From contig OZ245046.1 of NCBI GenBank assembly GCA_965224245.1, positions 320,001-384,000 on the forward strand: DNA of 64,000 nucleotides. Direction: 5' to 3'. The notes below the pieces were generated by a model. That model was not told the DNA's origin. It saw only the letters and a program-made list of their open reading frames with translations, and searched no databases. Positions 49,758 to 58,125 of the stretch are shown piece by piece (position 1 is the stretch's first letter; each line of letters starts with the position of its first letter). A program made the translations under genes and the position numbers. This DNA comes from Candidatus Eiseniibacteriota bacterium (lineage in GTDB: Bacteria > Eisenbacteria > RBG-16-71-46 > CAZAMP01).

Positions 49758-50873
49758 ATGAGCATCAACACCATGCGATCGCTGTCGATCGCGAGCGCCG
49801 GTCTGGGAATCGTGCTCCTGGGCTGCTTCCGACCGGCGGGCGACGGGTCCTCGGACTCCGTCACGGCGCCGGAGACGACGCCGCAAGCACGGGCGAGTGA
49901 GCTCCAGGCGCTCGATCTGGAGTCGCTCCCCACGGGGACGATCGTCGATCAGCTGTTCGGGACGCTCGGTGACGGACCGGTGCTGGTCAATGGCATCAGC
50001 CCGCTTCTCGCCGGCAACACGGCGATCATCTTCGACTCCGCCAATCCCACCGGCGGCGACTGGGATCTCGGCAGCCCCAACGAGACGTGTGGGGGTCCGG
50101 GACAGGGTGCCGGCGGCGAGGTCGGCTCGCCGTACGAGAACTGCGATCCGCTCGGCAAGGTGCTGATCATCGCGGCCGACCTCGAGGACGCGGGCGGTGA
50201 CGGCCTCGTCGACGATCCCGACGACATCGACGTCGCGGCGCTGGACGGCGTGATCATCGAGCTCGACTTCTCGGCGCTCGGGACGGTCACGATGCACAGC
50301 CTGAACGTCCTCGACATCGACGGGAACGGTCCGGACCCGCGCGTCGAGATGTACGGCGTCGGTGGCGTCCTGCTCAGCACGGTTCCGATTCCGAACGACA
50401 TGGAGAACAACGGTGCGGCCACCGTGGATCTCGGGGACGTCTCGGGCGTGGTCGACGTCACCGTGTACCTGCAGGGCTCGGGCGCGATCGACACGTTCTT
50501 CTTCCGCTGCGACACGCCGCCCGGAGGCGGAGAGGGCTGCACGCCGGGTTACTGGGGTCGTCGTCATCACTTCTGCCACTGGCCGGCCCCGTACGAGACG
50601 GACACCGCGTTCTCCGACGTGTTCGGTCGCGACGTTCCGGACGTCACGACGCTGCTCGACGGCCTGCACTCGCAGGGTAGCTACAAGAACCTCGTGTTCC
50701 ATGCGGTCGCGGCGCTTCTGAACGCGGCGAGCGACGAGGTCGACTTCGACTACGACGTGGCCGACGTGATCGCCATCTTCCAGGACGGCTGGGACAGTGG
50801 CGACCTCGAAGGTGCCAAGAACCTGCTCGCGGGCGCGAACGAGAGTGACTGCCCGCTCGGGAACTGCCGATGA
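49758..50873 (+). CDS. Acidic lipoprotein with C-terminal GCTPGYW..AALLNA helical domain
   Basis: AGGAG RBS; lipobox LLG|C; IFDSANPTGGDWDLGSPN; GCTPGYW..HAVAALLNAA; ends CPLGNCR. Confidence 0.82.
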   Translation: MSINTMRSLSIASAGLGIVLLGCFRPAGDGSSDSVTAPETTPQARASELQALDLESLPTGTIVDQLFGTLGDGPVLVNGISPLLAGNTAIIFDSANPTGGDWDLGSPNETCGGPGQGAGGEVGSPYENCDPLGKVLIIAADLEDAGGDGLVDDPDDIDVAALDGVIIELDFSALGTVTMHSLNVLDIDGNGPDPRVEMYGVGGVLLSTVPIPNDMENNGAATVDLGDVSGVVDVTVYLQGSGAIDTFFFRCDTPPGGGEGCTPGYWGRRHHFCHWPAPYETDTAFSDVFGRDVPDVTTLLDGLHSQGSYKNLVFHAVAALLNAASDEVDFDYDVADVIAIFQDGWDSGDLEGAKNLLAGANESDCPLGNCR

Positions 50874-50937
50874 GGGATCGCGTGCGCGTCACCCTCCGGT
50901 GACGGCACGTCGACGCTCCGACTGCTGGTAACCGTGT

Positions 50938-50967
50938 ACGCCCCCGACCCACGCGGGTCGGGGGCGT
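50938..50967. terminator. Hairpin between convergent lipoprotein and sigma genes
   Basis: acgcccccgaccc-acgc-gggtcgggggcgt perfect 13-bp stem followed by cttcgt. Confidence 0.6.
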
Positions 50968-51084
50968 CTTCGTATCGGGCGGTCGCCTGGGACCCGGCGC
51001 CCCGCTCCCGGCGTCAGGTCCGTTCAGACGCACGCAGGCCTGAGAGACGTGCGTGATCGACGGGCACGCCTCCTCCAGGCCATT

Positions 51085-51663
51085 CTATTCGGGTAGAGGT
51101 TCCGAGGTCCCGCCGGTCAGCTGCGTTCGAAGCCAGCGGCGCGCGAACTGCCAGTCACCGTTGACCGTTTTTCGAGAGACGCCACAGATCGACGCGATCT
51201 CCTCACCGGTCAGTCCGGCGAGGATCTTGAGCTCGACGACCCGGGACACGCGCTCGTTGGCCAGGCGGAGACGCTCGAGCGCACGGGCCAGATCCGACGC
51301 CGGCGCGATGATCTCCTCACCGCCCGCGGCATCGTCGGCGAGCTCGACGCGGGTCCACCCGTGTCCGCGCCGCACCGTCTTGCGCGCCCGGGCGTGATCC
51401 ACGAGCACCTGACGCATGACGCGGGTGGCGATGCCGAGAAACCGAACGCGGTCCTCGCCGTCCAGCTCGGCGCGGGCGGCGAGACGCAGGTAGACCTCGT
51501 TCAGGAGCGCAGTCGGTTGAAGCGTGTGGTCGTCGCGCTCGTGGCGCATCTCGCGGCTCGCCATGCGCCGGAGCTCCCGGTAGGCGACGTCGAAGAGCTG
51601 GTCGATCGCATCCCGCCGGCGGTCCTCGTCGGTCCCCTCCGGTCGATCGTCGTGGACGCTCAT
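51085..51663 (-). CDS. ECF RNA polymerase sigma factor, TIGR02999 (ECF43-like) family
   Basis: GGGAG RBS; AYRELRRMA, DHTLQPTALLNEVYLRL, VMRQVLVDHAR, DWQFARRWL. Confidence 0.92.
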   Translation of the reverse strand: MSVHDDRPEGTDEDRRRDAIDQLFDVAYRELRRMASREMRHERDDHTLQPTALLNEVYLRLAARAELDGEDRVRFLGIATRVMRQVLVDHARARKTVRRGHGWTRVELADDAAGGEEIIAPASDLARALERLRLANERVSRVVELKILAGLTGEEIASICGVSRKTVNGDWQFARRWLRTQLTGGTSEPLPE

Positions 51664-51926
51664 GTGGGCGCTCCCTGTTCCTGCACGTCTGAAGCCTACC
51701 ACGTGGCCCGGCGAGGCGGAGGCATCGGTGACCGGAGCACCGGATGGGGCGGGGCCTCCGGTACGATACTCAACACCCATCATCGCAGTCGATTGCACGT
51801 TTCGGCCCGGCATGCCACGATTCGGGCTCGGAGATGTCGTCTCTGGGTACGGTGACGCCGGCTCGACGTTGCACGCTCGGTGGATCACGACGCCGGCGCC
51901 CACGTTGCCGAAACGAGGACTCACCA

Positions 51927-54900
51927 TTGAGTGAACCGGACCTGAACCGGCTGCGGGACCTCGTCGTCGCGGTGCTGGATCTACCCGCCGAGGAACGAGA
52001 CTCGTATCTCGAAGGTGCATGCGGCGGGGACGACACCCTCCTGTCGTCGGTCAAGCGGCTCCTGAACGAGGAGCCGATCGATGCCGACAGGTCTCACGCG
52101 CTCGACGCCGTCGGGGGCGACGAGGCGATCGCGAACGCGGCCGCGCTACCCGAGCGCGTCGGGCGCTACGAGATCCTCGGGCGCCTGGGTGCGGGTGGGA
52201 TGGGCATCGTGTACCTGGCCGTGGATCCGAGCCTGGACCGACGGGTGGCCCTGAAGGTCCTCCCGCCTCGACTCGCGGGCGATGCCGCCGGAATCGCTCG
52301 CTTCCGCGAGGAGGCTCGCCTTCTCGCGCGGCTCAATCACCCGAACATCGCGACCATCCACTCGCTGGAGGCGGCGGGAGAGGTGGTGTTCATCACGATG
52401 GAGCACGTGCACGGGCCGACCCTGGCCGCCCGGATCGGCTCCGACGCTCGCGACGACGAGCTGCGCATCGCCTACGAGATCGCGTGCGCGCTGGAGGCGG
52501 CTCATGCGAAGGGGATCGTGCACCGCGACCTGAAGCCGTCGAACGTGATCGTCTCGTCGGAGACAGGCACGGTGAAGGTCGTCGACTTCGGACTGGCCAA
52601 GCTGGCCCGAGAGCGGAGTGATTCCCCGGCGGCGGCCGCCGCGCCTGCTGTCCCGTCGGCGTCCATCGATGCGTCGTGGTCGCTGGTGCTGGGGACGCCC
52701 GGCTACATGAGCCCCGAGCAGGTGCGCGGCGAAACCACCGACGAGGGTAGCGACATCTGGGCGTTCGGGTGCGTGCTGTACGAGCTCTCGACGGGGACGA
52801 GGGCGTTCGATGGATCCGCCGTCGACCGGATGGTGGCCACACTGGCCAGAGACGTCGATCTGGAGTGCGTGCGCGGACGTGCCCCCGACGCCGTTCACGA
52901 CCTGGTCGAGAGGTGCCTCAGGATCGATCGCGACGAGCGATTGCGGTCGATCGCCGAGGCCCGACGGATTCTCGGATCGCTCCTACAGGTTTCGGCCTCG
53001 TTCCACGGCGATCTCGATGCTCCGACGGCCACCGAGTCGCTGGCAGAGACGCTGCCGACGTACACGACTCGCCTCGTGGGGCGGGAGCGCGAGATCGACG
53101 AGATCTCGACACTCCTGACCGATCGTCTCGTCGTCACGTTGACCGGCTTTGGCGGAGCGGGGAAGACGCGCCTCGCCACCGAGGTCGCCCGCCGGTCGGC
53201 CGATCGATTCCCCGACGGCTGCTGGTTCGTGGACCTGGCCCCGGCCAGCGACGAGGACGACGTCCTGCAGCTGACCCTGTCGGTGATGAATCTGCGCGAG
53301 ACGGCGGGAGAGTCGCCGGTCGACACGCTCGTGAGCTTTCTTCGGACCCGGCGCGCGCTCGTGATTCTCGACAACTGCGAACAGGTCGTCGACGCGTGCT
53401 CGGCACTGGCCGCCATGGTGACTCGCGGCTGCCCCCGGACACGCGTGCTCGCCACAAGTCGTTCCGCCCTGTTCGTCGGCGGGGGGCAGATCTACGCCGT
53501 CGCCCCGCTCGCCCGTCCCGCCGCCGACGGTGCGTTCGACGAGGCCCGGCGCTCGCCGGCGGTGACGCTCCTGGAGGACCGCGCAAAGCTCATCGACATG
53601 AGCTTCGAGCTGTCCGAGAGCAACTTCCGGGCGGTCTCCGAGATCTGTCGGCGTCTGGACGGCCTGCCGCTGGCCATCGAGCTCGCGTCGACGCGCCTGG
53701 ACGCGATGACGCCCGACGAGCTGCTCGAGTCTCTCGAGGGTCGCCTGCCGCTGCAAGGTCACGGGCCGGCCGGGCCGGATCGGCATCGGAGCCTGACGGG
53801 GCTGGTCGCGTGGAGCTACGACCGGCTCTCCGACGCGGAGCAGGCGTTTCTCCGACGGCTGTCGGTGTTCCGCGGAGGTTGGACGTTGCGTTCGGCGGAG
53901 GCCGTTTGCTCCGACCCCGGATCCGAGCTCGTGCCGGCCTGGCAGGTGCTCGATCTGACCCGGACGCTCGTGCAGCGGTCGCTGATCGAACGTGCCACCG
54001 TCGTCGCGGGGGGACTGGAGCGATCCCGGTACGGCATGCTGGAGACCATCCGGACGTACGCCGCCGACCAGCTCCACGCGCACGGGGAGGAGGAGGCGAT
54101 CCGGGCGCGACACGTCCAGTACTTCCTCGCGCAGCCGACCGACCCCGGTCACGACGGCACGACCTCCGCCACGTGGATCGCCCTCGTCTCGGCCGACGAC
54201 GACAACTTCACCGCGGCGCTGTCGGAGCCCTACCGGCGATCGATCTCCCTGTTCGAGGCGACGTCCCTGGCGCGCCAGCTGCTGCACTACTGGACGGTGA
54301 CCGGGCGCTGGAGACGCGGGCAACGCGTCTACCAGAGCCTCGTCGACGCGATCGTCCGGGAGGGGCAGACGGGGACGCGACATCACGCGGAGGCAGTGGC
54401 CGGCGTCGGACGTCTGGTCGCGCTTCGGGGAGAGAACGACCTGGCCCGGAAGCTCCTGACCGAGGCCCGCCGGATCGGCCTCGAGATCGACGAAGAGGAC
54501 GTCGTCAGCGTGTGCGACACGGGCCTCTCCTATCTCGCTCGCATCGAGCGCCGCTTCGACGAGGCGCTCGAGCTGGCCGATCGGCGCGTTCGACACTGGG
54601 AGCCGCGGTGCGGGAGCGCTGATGTGCCGACGCCTCAGGAACGGAGCGTCCGGCGGCACCTGTCGGCGGCGCTCCTGGATCGCGGGCAGTGTCTGGCCCG
54701 GTTCGGACGGTTCGACGAGGCGGGCGCCGACTTCGAATGGGCCCACGAGCTCGCGAGCTCGGTCGGCGACGTGGGCGGCTCCGCCCTGCCCCGCGCCGCC
54801 CTGGCCGGCGTCAAGCACCGGACCGGAGACGTCGACGCGGCGCGCGATCTCTATCTCGAGGCGCTCGCGTACATGCGAACGGCGAAGCAGCGCGACAACA

Positions 54901-55514
54901 ACCTCGTGTCACTCCTGAACAACCTGGCGCTGCTGTCGCTCGAGACCGACGATGCGCGCTCGGCGGACGAGTATGCGTGCGAGGCGCGCGAGGTGGCGAT
55001 CGAGCTGGGAAGCGCCGGACAGGCGACGCACGCCCTCTACCTGGCCGGGCTCGCCAAGATCTTCGCGGATCGGTCGATGGCCCGCGAACGCCTCCGGCAG
55101 GCCATCGAGGAGTCGCGCGCGGCCACGTGGGCGGCCGGGCTCGTGCACGCGCTCAACGGGATGCTCCACGTCGAGGTGCTGGACGAGCGCTTCGAGGAGG
55201 CCTGGGCCATCGGGCTGGAGCTGATGGAGCTCCTGACGCCGATCGACGGGCTGATCGCCGCCACCACGCTGGGCGCGTGCGCGCGGACCCGGCTCGCGCT
55301 CGGGTCGCCCTCCGACGCCGCGTTTCTGCTCGGCGCGGCCGAGGAGGCCCGGGAGCGCTCGAACGCCCCGTTTCCTCGGGGAAACCGGCAGCTGATCGAG
55401 GACTGGAGCCGGATGACGCGGGATTCCCTCGACGCCGCGGACTTCGAGCGGTGGTGGAACGAAGGGCGGAAGGCTCCCCTGGAATCGCTGCGCAGCCGGT
55501 GGGCGGGGGGGTGA
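51927..55514 (+). CDS. Ser/Thr kinase - STAND ATPase - TPR fusion with N-terminal helical extension
   Basis: TTG start after GAGGA; LGAGGMGIV, HRDLKPSN, DFG; Walker A GFGGAGKT, LVILDNCEQ, GLPLAIELA; TPRs; no TM segment. Confidence 0.9.
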   Translation: MSEPDLNRLRDLVVAVLDLPAEERDSYLEGACGGDDTLLSSVKRLLNEEPIDADRSHALDAVGGDEAIANAAALPERVGRYEILGRLGAGGMGIVYLAVDPSLDRRVALKVLPPRLAGDAAGIARFREEARLLARLNHPNIATIHSLEAAGEVVFITMEHVHGPTLAARIGSDARDDELRIAYEIACALEAAHAKGIVHRDLKPSNVIVSSETGTVKVVDFGLAKLARERSDSPAAAAAPAVPSASIDASWSLVLGTPGYMSPEQVRGETTDEGSDIWAFGCVLYELSTGTRAFDGSAVDRMVATLARDVDLECVRGRAPDAVHDLVERCLRIDRDERLRSIAEARRILGSLLQVSASFHGDLDAPTATESLAETLPTYTTRLVGREREIDEISTLLTDRLVVTLTGFGGAGKTRLATEVARRSADRFPDGCWFVDLAPASDEDDVLQLTLSVMNLRETAGESPVDTLVSFLRTRRALVILDNCEQVVDACSALAAMVTRGCPRTRVLATSRSALFVGGGQIYAVAPLARPAADGAFDEARRSPAVTLLEDRAKLIDMSFELSESNFRAVSEICRRLDGLPLAIELASTRLDAMTPDELLESLEGRLPLQGHGPAGPDRHRSLTGLVAWSYDRLSDAEQAFLRRLSVFRGGWTLRSAEAVCSDPGSELVPAWQVLDLTRTLVQRSLIERATVVAGGLERSRYGMLETIRTYAADQLHAHGEEEAIRARHVQYFLAQPTDPGHDGTTSATWIALVSADDDNFTAALSEPYRRSISLFEATSLARQLLHYWTVTGRWRRGQRVYQSLVDAIVREGQTGTRHHAEAVAGVGRLVALRGENDLARKLLTEARRIGLEIDEEDVVSVCDTGLSYLARIERRFDEALELADRRVRHWEPRCGSADVPTPQERSVRRHLSAALLDRGQCLARFGRFDEAGADFEWAHELASSVGDVGGSALPRAALAGVKHRTGDVDAARDLYLEALAYMRTAKQRDNNLVSLLNNLALLSLETDDARSADEYACEAREVAIELGSAGQATHALYLAGLAKIFADRSMARERLRQAIEESRAATWAAGLVHALNGMLHVEVLDERFEEAWAIGLELMELLTPIDGLIAATTLGACARTRLALGSPSDAAFLLGAAEEARERSNAPFPRGNRQLIEDWSRMTRDSLDAADFERWWNEGRKAPLESLRSRWAGG

Positions 55515-55640
55515 CGCCAGTCCACGCATGTCGCCGAGCCACCCGGAAACCCCCACGGCAGGTGACAGCTCACGCGCCGTTCTCGCACTACCGAACGACG
55601 ACACCCACATCACGACGCCACGCTTCCGGAGGAGTGCGCC

Positions 55641-55889
55641 ATGATCCATCGACCCCGAGTCACCGTTGCCACGCTCGTCGTCTTCGGATCGGGCGCCCCC
55701 GCCTCGACGCCCGACCTCCCGTCTTCCTGGTGCGGCCGCCCGGTGGTCGACGACGACGCCTCGCCGCGGGTGCTGGCCGAGAGCGAGAAGATGGCGATCG
55801 CCCGCGCGGCGGTCGAGTCCGCGATCCAGGTGGGGGCTCGACTCCTCGATCCCCTGGACGTGCCCGACCGACGCACGCCGGCGCCATGA
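55641..55889 (+). CDS. Small hypothetical protein or truncated remnant of a secreted protein
   Basis: Strong GGAGGAG RBS; signal-like N-terminus; only 82 aa. Confidence 0.4.
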   Translation: MIHRPRVTVATLVVFGSGAPASTPDLPSSWCGRPVVDDDASPRVLAESEKMAIARAAVESAIQVGARLLDPLDVPDRRTPAP

Positions 55890-55922
55890 GGCAATGACAT
55901 CCTCCGGCGTGAGCGGGTAGAC

Positions 55923-57770
55923 TTGCATCCGTATCCCGCGCACCGGAGGTGTCCCATCACGCTCCAGAGAGTGCTCGTTCCGGCCGTCGCGGCTGCGATC
56001 GCGTTGATCACGATCCACGACCCGACCTTCGGCGCGGTCCTCGACTACGTCGACGCATCGACCGGACTCGACACGCCGGCGCTCGACACCGGACGTACCG
56101 ATCTCGCGATGGTCGACGTCGACCTCGACGGGCACGTGGATCTCGTGTCCATCGGCGATCACGGCAGCCCCTTCATCGGCTCCCCGCAGCACGGCATCAT
56201 GGTGTGGTTCGGGAACGGCGCGGGCGGGTTCGGCGTGGTACAGACCGGAGACTTCGGCTACGGCGGCATCGCCATCGGCGACGTGAACGGTGACGGTCTG
56301 AACGATGCCGCGTACGGCATGCACCACAACTATTCGGGTACCGACCTCGGCGATCAGATCCTCGAGGTGGCGCTGGGCGACGGCACCGGGACGAGCTGGA
56401 CCCCCTGGGACGATGGGCTGGCGACCAGCGGCGAGACGTGGGGGATGTTCGGCACCGATCTCGCCGACGTGGACAACGACGGCGACCTCGACGTGGGCTC
56501 CATCTCGTTCGGGTGCTGCGCGGGCGTGCACGTCTACCTGAACCAGGGCGACGGCACGTGGGTCCAGAGCTGGGGGATCGGCGGGGGCAACTCCACGATG
56601 GAGCTGCGCTTCGGCGACGTGAACGCGGACGGGAACGCCGACCTCCTCGCCGCCCACCAGAGCGGGTCGGTGTACGTGGGCGACGGCGAGGGCGGATTCA
56701 CGCTCGCCGACGACGGCCTGCCCCCGGCCGGTACCATAGGACGGCGCGGTCCGGATCTCGGCGACGTGACCGGTGACGGCGCCGACGACGTGTCGTTCGT
56801 GACCGCGGACGGTGGCGTGGCCGTGTACACGCGCACGGGCACGACCTGGCAGTCGATCGGGAGCGGGCTCCCTGCGACGGGCGCGTTTCGATCCACGCGT
56901 CTGTGCGACATGGACGGCGACGGCCACGTGGATCTCGCCGCGTTCGACGGGGATGTGATCCGTCTGTGGCGAGGCGACGGCAGCGGTGGCTGGAGCGCCG
57001 ACGCGACGGTGGTCGTGTCGTCGTCGGGGGACTATGCGGCGTTTCGCACCGGTGCCGATCTCGACCACAACGGCCGTCCCGACCTGGTCGTGGTGGTCGA
57101 AGAGGGGTCGTGGCCGACGTATCAGAATCACCTTCGCGCGTATCGGGAAACGTCGGTCGCCACGGCGCTGGCGGCGCGTGTCGTTCGACCCCGGCGGGGA
57201 GAGCGGTTGACGTCGGGCTCGGTGCGGTTCGTGGAGTGGATGGCCGCGGTGCCCCTCCTTGCATCGGCGAGGGTCGATCTCGCGTTCTCGACGTCGGGGG
57301 AAGCGGGGCCCTGGCAGACGATCGCAACCGACCTCCCCAACGGCGGTCGATACCAGTGGCGCGTCGGTGACACCCCATCCAGCGACTGCGTCGTCCGCGC
57401 GACCGTCGCGACGCCCCGCGACACCGTCGTCGTGCTCTCCGACCCGTTCACGATCGGCGAGCCAGGCGCCGTGTCGGTTCCACCGTCATCGTCGACGGAG
57501 CGGACGATCATGCGGGTCCTCGGAAACCCCGCACGGGATGGGCTGCGGGTCGCCATCGCGAGTGCCCGCCCGGGCGTGCACGTGCTGGAGCTGTTCGACG
57601 TCTTGGGACGTCGTGTCGGATCGGTGCCGGTCCGGCTCGGGATCGGCGAGCGCGAGCTGACTTGGTCCCTCGGGGGCGACAGCGGCATCTCGCTCGCACC
57701 CGGTGCGTACTGGCTACGGCTCTCCGGACCGTCCGGAACCCTGGACGCCCGGATCCGCGTGCTTCACTGA
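55923..57770 (+). CDS. Secreted FG-GAP/VCBS-repeat propeller protein with Ig domain and divergent CTD
   Basis: DVDLDGHVD, GDVNGDGLND, ADVDNDGDLD etc.; GNPAR..FDVLGRRV..PGAYWLRL. Start uncertain (55923-55971). Confidence 0.85.
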   Translation: MHPYPAHRRCPITLQRVLVPAVAAAIALITIHDPTFGAVLDYVDASTGLDTPALDTGRTDLAMVDVDLDGHVDLVSIGDHGSPFIGSPQHGIMVWFGNGAGGFGVVQTGDFGYGGIAIGDVNGDGLNDAAYGMHHNYSGTDLGDQILEVALGDGTGTSWTPWDDGLATSGETWGMFGTDLADVDNDGDLDVGSISFGCCAGVHVYLNQGDGTWVQSWGIGGGNSTMELRFGDVNADGNADLLAAHQSGSVYVGDGEGGFTLADDGLPPAGTIGRRGPDLGDVTGDGADDVSFVTADGGVAVYTRTGTTWQSIGSGLPATGAFRSTRLCDMDGDGHVDLAAFDGDVIRLWRGDGSGGWSADATVVVSSSGDYAAFRTGADLDHNGRPDLVVVVEEGSWPTYQNHLRAYRETSVATALAARVVRPRRGERLTSGSVRFVEWMAAVPLLASARVDLAFSTSGEAGPWQTIATDLPNGGRYQWRVGDTPSSDCVVRATVATPRDTVVVLSDPFTIGEPGAVSVPPSSSTERTIMRVLGNPARDGLRVAIASARPGVHVLELFDVLGRRVGSVPVRLGIGERELTWSLGGDSGISLAPGAYWLRLSGPSGTLDARIRVLH

Positions 57771-58125
57771 CGGTCACTCTCCTCGATCGTGCGTTCGATC
57801 CGCGTGCCGAGGTTCGGCGTCACAGGTGCTCGTGCGGCACGGGTCGTTCGTCCGATTCGATGACCCCCACGACCGTACGTATCAAACCCCGTGGCGGCGG
57901 ACACTCGTGTCGGACCGTGCACCGTGGACGAAGGGCGGGTAGGGGCATGGGCCTCGTCATCGCGAGGCGTATGCGTGGAATCCGAAGGGGCGTATCAGGG
58001 TCATCGTATCGACGCTCGTTCTGGAATGGGGCAACACTGGTCGCGATCAGGCCGGGGCGACTCGAACGAGAGCGAGACGACGTAGCGGCAACGCGATGTC
58101 ACACGTTGCGGTCAGGAGGACTCTC

